Shown here: piece after piece, positions 46,501-61,500 of the stretch
How the letters are laid out: every line of letters starts with the position of its first letter
Numbering within the stretch: the first letter of the stretch is position 1
Source of the DNA: Oopsacas minuta
Lineage: Eukaryota > Animalia > Porifera
Assembly (NCBI GenBank): GCA_024704765.1
Contig: JAKMXF010000322.1
Coordinates: 186,001-250,000, forward strand
Direction of reading: 5' to 3'
Length of the DNA stretch: 64,000 nucleotides
Notes under the pieces: generated by a model
What the model was told of the DNA's origin: nothing
What the model saw: only the letters and a program-made list of their open reading frames with translations
Databases searched by the model: none
Position numbers and translations under genes: made by a program

Positions 46501-49500
46501 TTTCTAGTGGGGATATTGATTATGAGATCATTCAATCCGCTCTCTTTTCTATAATAGCCATAGACACTAGCCCAAACAATTTAACTCCAAGGCGTAGTGA
46601 TGATAGTTCTGTCAGTATCATTGTTACCAATGTCAATGACAATCCTCCTATCTTTGAGGAAGACTTCTACAGTAAGTTATATTCAATTCAGTTTGTTTGT
46701 TGGTTTACTTGTTTACTTATTTATTACTTATTTATTTCCTTACAGCTGATACACTATTGGAGAACTCTGTCAATGGAACCCAGGTATTACAGGTAATAGC
46801 AATTGATGCAGACTACGACACAGTGAGTGCTGTATTCTTACCAGTTTATTCCATCATTTCTGATCCAGCTGTTCCATTCATTGTTGGACCTTCTTCAGGG
46901 ATAATTCTAGTTGATGGAACGATAGATAGAGAGTACACGTAAGTTCGCTGGTGTATGCTAATACAGTAGATGCCGGTTATAACCGGATATAAGCACCATC
47001 CTATTGAAACTGTTTCTCGTTAATTGCTGTATATTTATACCGGTTTATAGTATCACCCTTGGGAGTAGCATACAGGTTCTTATATGCGAAATGAATATAC
47101 AGGAATATATGGGAAATTGAGAACTGTTTTCTAGTGGATGGTGTTTATATCCGGTGTTCTTATAACTTGTATACACTGTAATTAAGCTTCTGTATTCACA
47201 CATTCAGATACACTACTTAATCTCTATCATATATTTAGACCCGGATACAACTTCCTTGTTAACGCATATGATGGTATACATACTGATTCCACAAACGTAT
47301 CAATATGGCTATTAGATGAAAACGATAATGCTCCTATATTTACTGTCGCATCTCCACTCATATTGAATGTTCTGGAAGAACAACCATTTGGCTACTTTAT
47401 CGCTAATATTACCGCAGATGATAATGACGCACCTCCACTCAATAATAAGGTTTGTATGGTAACTAATAAGCATGTTGGGGACCTGTTTTCTTGTTACAGT
47501 ATTTCTTCTCCCAATTCTTCTGTTGATTATTATTATTGTTGTTGTTTTCCTTATTAGATCCGTTTCAGATTTTTCCCATCTGGTAATGCAGAGTTCTTAT
47601 TAGAAGAATCAACTGGAGAATTAACAGGAATCAGGCAACTGGACAGGGAAGAATCTGATGAAAGATTGTTCAATCTTATGATTCTAGCTGAGGACGACGG
47701 ATCCCCTCGTCAGTCTACTACCCTAGACATACAGGTAATATTTGTTGTTATTGTATATCCTAGAATATACGCTCTGTCGAATACAGTCAACTCCTGTCAT
47801 ATCTAAGCTCAAGGGATCGTGATAATTACTTCGATATGTTCGGTGAAATATTTGTTACTTTTACAGTTTGGGGGCCATATTTGTACAATTCACACTTCGA
47901 TATAAGCGGGTATTTTGATATATCATTTATACCAAATACATTTATTTATTCCACTTCTACAGATAATTATTGAGGATATAAATGACAATGATCCATTCTT
48001 CGTTACAGTCAATCCTTACGGTACCATTCCTGAAAATGCAGCTTACAACACTACAATTGTCACAGTAGAAGCTAATGATCTGGACATAGAACAAAATGCA
48101 GAACTGACTTTCTATATTGACAACCAAGGTGTCATTTTTGGTGACCCATTCACACCTTTTGGTGTTGAGACTAAAGGCAATTTCGGTAGAATTTTCCTTT
48201 CAAATTCAAGTGGAATTGATTTTGAGACTCAGCGAAATTTCACTGTCCTCCTTCGTGTACAAGATAACGGTCCCACCCCTCGTTATTCACAGATTTCAGT
48301 TGCCATAGAGATCACTGATGTCAATGATAATGATCCCCAATTTCTTATGGAATTATATACTGCTATGATCCTTGAGACTGCCCCCGTCGATTCATTTGTT
48401 TCGACTGTAAGAGCGACAGACCGAGACTCAATTAACGTTGGTTTTGGCCATCAAATCCGTGGGTATTCTGTAGACTCATTTTTCTATATTAACTCTGCTA
48501 CTGGAGATATTTACCTACAAAGATTATTGAATCATGAAGATGCACACGAACATTACCTTGTAATTGAAGTATTTGATAACAGTGCTCCTTTAAATGTAAC
48601 TGACACTGCTAACTTGACTATTTCCGTTACAGATGTCAACGACTTGGAACCTTTTTTCCTTCCATTCCCAAGTCCAACTCTTGTCGAAGGTTCTTACATG
48701 GATCATTTGGTCGCTACTGTTACGGTTGTTGATTTTGATGAACTACATGTAGCGGAGGATGTAATCTTCCAACTTTTGAGTGAGGCTGATCGGTTTTATA
48801 TAATAAGTTTTCCTGACCCAACTAATTCTTCTGTTACTTTTGGGCAGCTTTACCTTAATGGATCGATTGATTACGAAACTCAACCGCTGATTTCTGTCAG
48901 TATTCGAGTCTTCGACGAGGCAGGCGTTAATCAACAAAGCCAAATTGATTCTCTGTTTATAACGGTTACAAATATTGATGATGAAGCTCCTGTCTTTGAT
49001 TTAGATCTTTACGAAGCGACTGTTTCTGAATTAGCTCCAGTGTCTACTAGCGTTATAGCTGTACATGCAGATGATCCTGATATCGGTGTAGTTCTAAATT
49101 ATAGCATATTCCTCAGACTTGTACCCTCAAATAATGCTCCATTCGCGATTATTTTACAATCTGGTCTGATTCAAGTTAGTTCAACTGGTGGTAATCCCCT
49201 TGATTTTGAGAGCATCAAGTTCTACACACTTGAGGTTAGTTATTCAGGAGATATAGTGTACAATCAATTCGAGCACTAACGGACGGGAAAGATTGTCCTC
49301 TTTCTCAATAGTAATATCGATTGAATATTTCAGTGGTAGGGACCTGATTTGTGTAAATATTTCGGAAATTCGAATTTCACCGTATTCGTATTAACGAGGT
49401 TCCATTGTATAGATTATATGTATACTTTGGACATGCCCGCTTCGATTAATCATATTTTCACACCTTTTTGTATGTTTCAAATTGAGACAATAGTTTCCAA

Positions 49501-52500
49501 CGGCAAAATACCTTTTTCTAGATATATGCACAAGATACTATGGGCACAACTTCCTCAACTATCGTGAACATAACAGTCATAGACGAGAATGACAATACTC
49601 CTGTATTCGAACAACCCATTTACAACGCTAGTATATTGGAGACTGCATTAGTCAGCACTTCTCTATTACCAGTAGCAGCTACTGACCTTGACGCCACCAC
49701 CAACGCTGATATCCTATACACAATTGAGGGAGGACTAGATAGCGATCATTTTACAATTATAGCTTTAACTGGTGAAGTATTCGTCGATGATGCGTTAGAC
49801 CGTGAGACGCGAGATCTGTACGAACTGATAATTGGCGCAGTAGATCAAGGAACACCACAACTCACCGGCACTGCTCATTTGAATATCTACATTTTGGATG
49901 CGAACGATAATAAACCAATTTTCACTCAATCTACTTTCTATGGAGAAGTCTTTGAGAATGAGGCGAATTTCAGTGTATTTATCCCTCTTGGAGGTGATCT
50001 CTTGATAACAGCCACGGACGCTGACATCGGGGAAAACGGAAGGATTGAGTATGAAATAGTTCAGAGCGATGATTTTAGAATTGTAACGGAATTTTTGGGT
50101 GGTGAATATGTTGGAATTATTGAGACAACGCGTAGGCTTGATAGAGAGTCTCAGGATCAGTATATTTTGACTGTTAGAGCTGTTGACGGCGGGGGATCAA
50201 CATCCGCGAATCTTCCACAAGTTGTAATCGATATTTTGGATCGTGATGACAGTATTCCTGTATTTGATGAGGATCTATATTTTGCCGATCTAGTGGAAAA
50301 TGGAAATGATGGAGAATTACTAGTGACTGTATCTGCTACTGAGTTGGATATTGGAGCTAATAATACGAATATTCAATTCAGGATTACTGATGTTTACAAA
50401 TTTTTTGGCGGTTTGTGTAAAATTAGAAATTCGCTTTACTTTTGCCGAGTTATTAACACAAATTATCGCATTTTCGATCATTTAGCATTCAAATTTTTGT
50501 ATGGCTAATACTTATTTGACACTTTCTGGCCATTTTGCACAATTTTTGGAGCATTTTTACTAATTTTCTCTTAGAGCCACTCATATACTTTCATGCTACT
50601 CCAGAGTATCCATTCAGAATAAACTCCACGACAGGCGAAGTATTCACAAATTCAAGCAATTTCGATAGAGAACAATTCGATCTTTACATAGTAAACCTCG
50701 AAACAACTTCCCAACTAACATTTGAACCTGAAAACACAAACACTGCAGTATTATTCGTTACTATACTTGATCTAAATGATGTCACTCCTATTTTCGACCC
50801 TGATACATATGATTTCTCCTTCAACGAGAATTCTCAAGAAAATTTCATAGTTGGACAAGTATTTGCATACGACACGGACTCACCAGGATCTCTAAACAGT
50901 TACATACGATTCTCCATTGAGTTTCCTAACATCAATTCAAGTTTAGAAGGTCCTTATCTTTCTATAGAAGAAATTACCGGTGAAATATACGTAACCAGTA
51001 ATCCTATTGACTACGAACTTCACTCCGATTTGACTGTAATCGTTACAGCTAGAGATCTTGGAAGTCCATCGCTTAACGTCACATTAGACCTACTTATTGA
51101 AGTAATAGATTTGAATGACAATTCACCAGAATTCAATGAAACTACATACACGTTTAGATTATTTGAGAATAGTCCGAATGGTACTGTTGTTGATCAAGTA
51201 TTCGCTTCTGATGAGGACGATGGGGAAAATGCAGAGTTGGTGTTCTCATTCCAAGTCGAAGATGTGAGTTAACTCAGTGGAATCTCGTAAATACGAATTT
51301 CTGGACAAGACGAACCAATTTTGACTTTCCTTTCGTATTTACCAGTTTACACTGTTTATAACAAACAAACAAACAAACGAATAAACAAACAACTTCACCT
51401 ATTCCCTTACTCTAGGCATCAAGACCATTTACAATGGATGCATCTACCGGAGTAATTACAGTGTCAGGAGATGTAGACAGAGAATCAACAGCTCTATGGA
51501 GTATCGGTATATCTGTAGTAGATAAGGGGGAACCTCCTCTTAGCGACGTAGCCCTTGTATTAATAACTGTAAGAGACGAGAATGATAATCCTCCTGTATT
51601 TCCTGTCGCGTCCCTTAACGTATCTTTTTCAGAGACAGCTGAGCAGTTGACTGTAGTTACAACTGTGCAAGCTGTTGATCTTGAAGATGTAGGAGAGAAT
51701 CAAGTTATCTACTATACAATACCAGTACATTATCCGCTACCTTTTAATATCGACCGTAATTCCGGTAGTATCTATCTGAACGGTTCTATTGACTACGAGG
51801 TTACTCGCTTCTACATGTTTACAGTCTATGCTAATGATGATGGTGTTAACACGCTAAACGACTCGATAACAGTTCGTGTAAATATAATTAATGAAAACGA
51901 TAATACACCAGAATTCGAGTTACAAGCTTACGAGCATTATTTATTTGAGAACGCATCGATAGGGGAAGTACTCAGTATTTCTATAATGGCAACTGACCGT
52001 GATTCTACTTCACAAGTCCCCGTCAAACTAACCTATTTCATAGTTGGTGGGTCAGATAATAGGTTTAATATTGATCCAGATTCGGCGGTTGTCTCTGTTG
52101 CTGGTGCATTGGATCGAGAAACTATCCCGGAATATTTGATTGATCTTGAAGTACGGGATAGTTCAAGGACAGGAAGTGCAACCTTACGTATTATCCTGCG
52201 TGACGTCAATGAAGCAGGGCCTAGATTCAATTCTACGACTTATATCGGTTATGTACCTGAAGATGCGGCGGTTGGGAAGTTCGTTATTGCAATCGAGGCG
52301 ACTGATTCCGAATTTTCCGACCCAATCGATTTTATCCTCACCGTAGATGGTAACGGCGATTTTGCTATTGTTTCAAACATTACAGACCCTTCACTACCAT
52401 TCGACACGATTGCTCATTTGCTAGTAAACAATACACTTGATAGAGAAACCAGAGATGTATACGAATTGTCTATTACAGCTATTGATTCTGGTAACCGGCG

Positions 52501-55500
52501 TTCTGTTTCTCCCATTACAGTTAATTTATTAGATGTCAACGACAATCCTCCAGTATTTGTTGAAAATCCTGACGAGACAGCTAACGTGACATTCTTCACC
52601 AAATGTAGTGTATACTCTAACCCATACAACTTATCCTGCTATTATATTCAAATACAGGAAACCGCATCGCCTGGACTAATTCTAACCGTTTTCACAGAGG
52701 ATGAGGATCTCGGTGCAAATGCTGAATCAACTTATTCAATTGGGTCACATAACGGTTCAATGTTCCGTATTGTTTCTGAAACGGGCCAGCTGTTTAATGA
52801 TGAAGCATTTAATCATGAGATAGACCACCAACACGTTATTCATGTGACAGCCACTAACGTGGGAACACCTCAGCTAGCTTCACGCGTCATTGTTGTTGTT
52901 GATGTCCTCGATGCTAACGACAATAAACCTACTTTTGACTCTATTGTATACAAATTTTCTGTTTACGAAAACAATGCGTTGGATCCGGATGATCCAACAA
53001 ATAAACTAGTAGGCGTTGCCAATGCAACAGATGCAGACGATGGTCCTAACGGAATGTTGAGTTATGAGTTTATTTCCGGGAATACTAAAGACTTTTTCAC
53101 AGTTGTTGATGGTATTATACGAGTCACGGACACAATTGACAGAGACACACTTTTCGAGGACACTTTTGATTTAATTCTACAAGCAACAGATGGCAATCTT
53201 GCAAATCAACAGACCGGAACAACTCGAGTTCTCATAACTGTATTAGATGTTAATGACAATATACCATCATACCCTGGAGACGAATATGTTGTTCTCATTG
53301 ATGAGGAGATTCCGTTAAACGAAGACATATCAATCGGAGGGCTGATAGCTACTGATCCTGATCTAGGTGCTAATGGGACTATATACTATAGTCTGAGTAA
53401 TGTGACATACTTCGAAGTAACAGATGATGGAAAGGTTCAGCCTGTTAGGAGACTAGACTACGATACTATTCCTCTGGTGAGTACTTACCTTGTTTCTGCC
53501 AAACTCCCAGTTTGTAGTAATATCACTGTATTTCCCTCATCCTATCCAGTATATGATAAATATTTAATTCTTACAATTCTATAGTTACAATCAACTGTCG
53601 TCATAATCCTCACCGTTACAGATGGAGGCAGTCCACCCCTATCATCAAGCACAGTCCTCACAATCAGGATTAGTGACATGAACGACAACGGCCCTGAATT
53701 CCTACAAGACCCCATCTCCTTTGATGTCAATGAAGCTACTGCATCTGGGATGGTTATTAGAAACCTAGCAGATGATGTTTCTGATATTGACTCGCCAGCA
53801 AATTCTGTTATGCAATTCTATATCATAGCTGGAAGTGCTGGACTATTTGAATTGAGTACAATGGGAAATTTGACACTAATAGCCACCCTTGATAGAGAGA
53901 ATAGTCCTACACACGAATTGGAAGTACTAGTGCAGGATGCACACTTAAGCATTGAATTTACTGATCGTGCTCGTTATACTATCACAGTAACGGATAATAA
54001 TGATAATACTCCTATGTTCTCACAGCCGGAATATACTATTCCTGTAAGTTGCTTTATTATTATAATTGGTGGCTTAATAGATCAGCTATTCCAAATCCGT
54101 TGCCCCCTGCTGTCCTCCGTGGACAACCAAGGGGTCAATGAGCACAGGTTGGGGAATCGCTCCGTTTGATTGACTAATATACCGATTACAGTGTAACTCG
54201 AATAATCCTTCTTCTTCCCATATGTTTAATATCATAATTGATAATACATTACTACTGAGTTCTACTATATTCACATACCAGGTTCTAGAAGACACTCCCT
54301 TGAATACAGTAATCTTCCAATTCACAGCATCAGACGATGACTTCGGCTTAAACGCTCGAATAACCTACTTCATAAACGATACAGATATAATGCCTGTATT
54401 CCGTGTGCTGAAACAGAATGCTACGATGATATTGACTTCTCAGCTTGATTTTGAGGGTCCTAACAAATCGTATGTATTCTACGTATATGCTATAGATACT
54501 GGGAATAGGACTGGGAGAGCTCTGGTAACTGTTGACGTGAATGATGCTAACGATAATCCACCTTTTATAGAATGTGAGTACATTTATACTAATTTACTGA
54601 TAAATTGAGGAATTTCAAATATGTTTTAGTACCTGTTAATTAGGGCTTGAAATCCCGGGATCCCGATGCATTTTCCTCCGGGATTCGTCTTTCAATCCCG
54701 GGATCCCGAACTTGTATAAGTTAGTTGTTCTCTTTTGTAAGTGCAATTGGCTTAACTTCAGTTACTATGAAACTATTCTCATTTTCATTATTATCGAACT
54801 GGATTGAGCGACAGGACTTTGAATACTCTGTTTCATTAGAAATAACAAATATAGATAATAAATAAGATAGGCCAAGTTCATTATTATATTCCATATATTC
54901 CATATCTTGTGTGTAAATGCAGCAAAGCTTAACTTCATTCAATAAAATAAACCTTACGTATTATATAATTGTAATAATTATTATTCCCGAAATTCCGGGA
55001 TTACAAGCCCTACTGTTAATATATCCACATATTTAACTCATATCCTCTTCCCCCTAGCTACTCCATATTTGATTACGGTATGCGAGAATTCTACACAACC
55101 AGGAATATCATTCTTCCAAGTATTAGCTACAGACAACGATTCTCCTCCCAACAATCAATTACAATACAGCATAGACGAGACATCCGGGCCGTTCGAAATT
55201 AACCCGAACACAGGCGTGATTTCATTCACCGGTCTGATAGACTACGAGACGATAATTATGATACCTATTCCTGTAACAGTCACTGACGGAGGTATCCCTG
55301 CGTTGGAGACTAACACAACCGTGACACTTGAGATATGTGACAGTAATGATAACAAACCGTTGTTCAGTCAGGATAATTACGGAAATGTTGAGATTTCTGA
55401 GGAATTTACTCCTCCTATGGTTATATTTAATTTTATTGTGACTGATGCTGATTCGGGAGAGAATGGAGAATTTGAAGTTTATATTAACAATGCTTTTCCT

Positions 55501-58500
55501 ACAGGATGTGAAGTGAGTTTGATAATTATTGTAGATTTTACCGAAATGTTGCCTTCGAATTTTGTCAATTCAATTCCCTAAACCGGCGATTTTTGAAAAA
55601 TTTCCCGGATTTCCAAGTTGTATATCCTGAAGTAGCAATTCAGACTATTCTTTAGGGGAAAAGTGTACAGAAATTTCAATTTCTGGATAATAAAAGCACG
55701 TTCTTTACTTATTTTTCTATTATTAGTCACTCTACATAATCAGTGGACAATCTGTCGTATTGAACGCTTCTATAGACTATGAAGGTGATACCCCTAGGAA
55801 TTGTCTACTAGAATTGTTATCAGTTGACAACGGCACCCCTCAATCGCAACTTGATACCTCAAGAGTTGAAATTGAGATAGTTAATCATAACGATAACGCA
55901 CCTCAATTCGTGGTAATACAAGATGCAGACATCCAGGAAGATGCCACCGTGGGAGCGTTTGTTACATTCGTATCTGCTTCTGATGTTGATCCAGATGATG
56001 AACTAGCTTTCTCTATTCAGAATCCTACAGGATCTTTTGTGATAGATAGTCTTACTGGTATCATAACTACCAACAGGTTAGTTTGGTATTTTTATCATTA
56101 ATATGCTTGGAATTCTATTGGGATGCATTCGTATTAGACTAGGAATTCGCTCTATTCATTTTCCTTATTAAGGAGGTTACCCTGTCAAGCCTCAATTAAC
56201 CTTCTTTGGCAATTATCTCAAATTTGTATACTTTCTATTCTAGAACATTCGATTACGAGGTTGAACAAGACAGAACACACGTACTAACAATATGTGTTGA
56301 AGATTCCGGATCTCCCCAACTCATAGTTTGCCAAAACCTAACCGTAGCAGTCACAGACATTAACGACAATCCTCCTGTATTCCTACCCAATGACGTCTAC
56401 AAGATAAATGTATACGAAAATACTTTTACGGGAACAGTATTAATCGACGTATCCACATCAGATGCTGATACACCTGCTAATTCAATTGTAGAATACTCAC
56501 TAGTTGCTGATAACGTAAATCCTCTTGAAGACGACAGTCGTTCATTCTTTATCAACAGTGTTACCGGAGAAATCACTCATTTAATTGTCTTTGACAGGGA
56601 AATGAAGGGTTATTATGAATTCCCTATACGCGCCCGTAACGGTATACTAACTACAGAAGCTACTGTAATGATCAATCTCCTCGATAGAAATGATCATATC
56701 CCAGTCGTGAGTCAACCCTCTCTTTTCGCTGAAATCCGAGAGAACGCTACTGCCCAGACTACAGTGGGAATGATCGAAGTAATGGATGCAGATATAGGTA
56801 CAAATATGAATATATCATTTAGGTTTACAGGGGGAGATGACGGAGATCTCGGATCTTTTGCTATCAGTAACAATGGTCGTGTGTATGTGCAGTCTGCTTT
56901 GAATTTGGATTATGAGGAACAGGATCTTTATCTGATTAATGTAAGTACATTTCTCTTATTCATTGTGTGGTTGTACCAACGGTTCTGCAGCGGGGGCGTT
57001 AGATTATATATTACACTAAAGTTGATATTTTCAACACCGAATATAAGCACCATCCTCTGGAGAACGGTACTCATATATTCCTGTATATTTAATACCGGTT
57101 ATAAGCACATGTATTGATACTCCCAATGGAGTTTCTTATCACCTGTCTCCACTGTATTTCACACCTATAGCAGTGGACCACTTTTACCATTCCTTTTTGG
57201 TAACCAACTAAATACCATACTCCCTTATAGGTAACTATCCAAGATCGTAGCTTCATTCCCATCAGTGAAACTACCCTGGAAGATGATGTCATTTACAAGA
57301 ACTCTACAATGATGGAAGTTATCAACACCGTATATGTTATATACGCAATACAGCTGATAGATGTTAATGATAATACACCTGTGTGTAGTAGCCCGTTATT
57401 TCCAGGATTACTGACTGAATCAACTGTGAATGTGAAAATCTTAACTGTACGCGCTACGGATCGAGATGGTGATGGGTCACAGAATATTTTATTTGTGATT
57501 GAAAACTCCAACGATTCGACACCATTCGTGATTAATAGCAATAATGGCGAACTTTCCAATGAGATTTCTCTTGATTTGGAAGTTCAAGAGGTTTATGAGT
57601 TTATCGTGTTGGCTATTGATCAAGGAATACCTCCGATGAGGACTGCTTCTTGCAATGTAAGTAATTTCCATAAATTCCATGTTTTACGCTTTGTAACTAT
57701 GATAGTCAGATGGGTTAATATCCCACATATGGATGTTGTCTGGACATTCTTATGCGTAATTTTCTATAATACATCGTAGAATCAGTGAATTTGTAATTCA
57801 AATGACCAATTCCTATAGATTCAAGTTACCATAACAGATCTTAACGATAACTTCCCTCAATTCGATACAGCTGAATACTATTTCAATATTTCAGAGAGTA
57901 TAGATCTAGGTGGAAGAGTAGGTGATATATTTGCTACTGATGAAGATGCTGGTATAAATGGACAAGTAGAATACTTCATTGAGAGTGGAAATGACGACGG
58001 ACACTTCGATATTGATAAAGAAACTGGCTATTTGACTCTAATAAAATCTGTTGACTATGAAAATATCTTCCAGCAGTCTTTCAAACTCCTAGTTTCCGCA
58101 GCTGATCGCGGATCTCCTTCTCTACAGAATAGAACTGATGTTAACATTAATGTACTAGATTTCAATGATAATCCTCCTATAGCAATAGACACTGTTGGTA
58201 GGATAGATGAGAATGCAACTGACGGTACAATAGCTGCTATGCTAACTGCTACTGATGCTGATTCAGGAATTAATAGACAATTGAAATTCACGTTAGTTGA
58301 TTTTACAGAATATTGACATACAACTGAACCTACATAATTCTCGTGTATTTGCATTGTCCAAAATTCATTTGGGCTGTAAACACGGTCTTCTGTATTATGT
58401 GGTTCACTGTATGTGAGGAGTTATTAACTGGTTATGTCATTTAGTATTGTAAGCAATTACATTATATCCACCATTCATGATAAAGTTCTTCTGAACAAAT

Positions 58501-61500
58501 ATTGTGCATTTCTTCTTCTACACTGTTAATATTATTATTTGTATATTTTTAGGCTATTTGGAGCTGGAACACAGTTTACTGTCAATCCAATGACAGGAGA
58601 CGTGAATCTAACAAATTCGTTATTTTTTCCGCTTGACTACGAATACATTCCTTCTTATCAATTCACCTACCAGGTTTGTGATCTAGGAGAGATTTCTCTT
58701 TGCTCAGAAATCAGATCTCTAACCATCTACATCAACGATATAAACGACAATGAACCTGTATTCACAAATGGAAATCAAAACACAAGTCTTATGGAATCTC
58801 TCTCAGTTTCCTCGCTTATATTTACAATGATGGCAACTGATGCAGATTCAGGAATAAATGCTGAATATCGTTTCCAGCTAATTACACTAGATCCGTTGTT
58901 TAGCATAGACTCTGTTTCCGGTCAAATTAAGCTGACACAATCGTTGGATTTTGAGGTTAAGCGAATACATGTTCTCACAATCCTTGTCTATGACCTTGGT
59001 TTCCCGAGACTGTCTACTCTCACAAACTTCACAGTATATGTGTTGGATAACAACGATAATGCCCCAATATTTGACCCTCCTGCCTATGCTCCAATGATTC
59101 TTGAAAACCGTTTAGAAGGCTTTATCGTAACAAGAGTACACGCCACTGATCGTGATCATCTCGAGCATATGAACTTAGAATTCACGCTTATGGATGATCC
59201 TACTGATCCTGGGAAGTTTACATTGACAAAGACAAATGCTACCTCTGCTGTTATTACTGTTACTTCAACTCTACCAGCTCTTGACAGAGAGACACAAGCC
59301 CAGTATGAGCTATTTGTTATAGCTACTGATAATATCAATGTAGCGTCACCGGATACTGATGATATTAGGCTATCTGCCAGCGCACAGGTTCGTATTATAT
59401 GTATGTATATGTGACTCTCCATAATCGTAGTTCCAGAAGGGACGCTGAAGAATTGGGACTTATAATTCGCTCTATTCATTTTCAAGAAGTTCCCGTTTGT
59501 GGATGTTACACTATAGTGCAATTTGAAATGGATAACGATCCAGTCTACTCCCGTTATATCGAAACTCAAGTAACCACAATTATTACGATATTCCCTGTTA
59601 GGTATAACAGGAGTTGACTGCATTTACTTCCATATGGGAGTAGATGGTTGTATCAGTCAATTTTGGTCTTCTAATTTTCATCTATTTCTATTGATTTAGG
59701 TTTCGATCACACTTCGTGATGTTAACGACAATAACCCCACTCTATCAACAACATCTGAGACTATCGCAAGAGCAGAAACATCTACTCTTAACGTTATATA
59801 CTTCACCTTCCAAGCCTTCGATATAGATATAAACAACACACTCTACTTTGATATAATCACTGGAAATGAAGATAACAGATTCGAACTATTTGTTCTCCAA
59901 CTAAGCGATGATACATACACGATTAATGTACAGAACATTGAAGTTATAGACTTCAATGATCAAGTGATGTACAACTTTACAATTCGTGCTACGGACGCTG
60001 GATATCCACCCTTCTCCACAGATCTAAATTTAATTATCCAATTAGGAGATATCATTAATAAGCCACCGATATTTAACCAAACTTTCCAAGGAATGGTCCT
60101 TGAACATTCCGGTCCAGATGTATCTGTTGCTCAGCTGATTGCATTTGATGATGACACTATTGACTCTAATGATACGCTTGTTTATAGGTTAGTTTTGATT
60201 GTGTTTTGTTTATTTCTATAGCTGAACCTTTGACTATAGAATATATATCCAGTCATCTCCCGTTATATCGAAGCTCAAGGATCCGCGATAATTAATTCGA
60301 TCTAACCGATAAATTTATGCTATTTTTAGACTTCTATATAAGCAGATATTTTGATATATCCGTGTTTGATTTAACGGGAATTGAATATATAGTGAAACTT
60401 ATCTACAGCAGATACTTGAAAATCTCTTTATTCCAAACTCAAATATGACAATGATTTATTGTTCAATTCTTTAGTATTGCAACTAACCCCTACTTCGGTA
60501 TAAACCCACAAACAGGAGAAGTATTCACAAAATCCTCACCAATAGACAGAGAAACAGATCCTATCTTCAACGTTACTGTATCAGTACGAGACGCAGCCGG
60601 TTTCAATGATCAAACTGAACTCAGTATTTGTGTATGTGACATTAACGATCATTCTCCAGTATTCTCAGCATTTGATTTGACATACAGAACAACTATTGAC
60701 GAGGTGTTAGCAGCAGGACATACCTTTTATACTTCTATATCAGCAGATGATGCTGATGAGAAGCCTCACGAAAGTTTAGGATGTGGATGTCCGATTACGA
60801 ATTACGCAGTTCTGGAGTATACGAGGACTGCTGGCGACGACAACGGCCGATTCTACATTGAGGGAGAAACAGGTAATTTTGTATTTCTTTCTTTAGAGAC
60901 TTATTTCGTGCCTACGTTTCCATTCCCTAATTTTGTGATGTGATACATACAAGTCTACGTATTTTCAATAATATATTTCTAGCTGCTCTTCGCGTATCAA
61001 CATACGAAGCCCCTAGCTCAGAATTCATCTACGTGGACAATACAGTGTATCCTCTCTGTGAATCCCAGGCAGAAAATGTATACACTTTGGACATTTTGGT
61101 AGTCGACGGTGGCACTCCACCACGTAACCACACGAGTCAAGTACTAGTGACTGTTAATGACGTCAACATATACACCCCTGTGTTTGAGAAGGCATCTTAT
61201 GTCAGTCTAGTGGATAAGGATTCATTAGCAGGTAAAACTGGACACTTTATCCACCTATTTTAGTGGAATACATGTTTTGAGGAGGCTAGGTTTGACCTTC
61301 AGGCAAAATGTCGAAAATATTTCAACACTTTTGCCTGTGTCGACCACAATTTGAATAGTGGCTAAGTATTGAAATTGTTTTTTCAGTTTTAAGGTTGTAG
61401 CATATTCTCTATCCTATTTTAGGCACTATCGTTATACCACAGCTCTTTTCATCAGATGCAGATTTGTGTAGTGATAATACTGTTGAGTATTATTTCGAAG

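Noticed and set aside
50393-50600. Apparent non-canonical GT-AT intron joining RITD to ATPEY
   Set aside because: A canonical in-phase solution exists: G|gtttgt at 50410/50411 to ttag|AG at 50574/50575.
54721-54942. 73-aa ORF inside the hAT element as a transposase
   Set aside because: It is too short and has no DDE or BED motifs.
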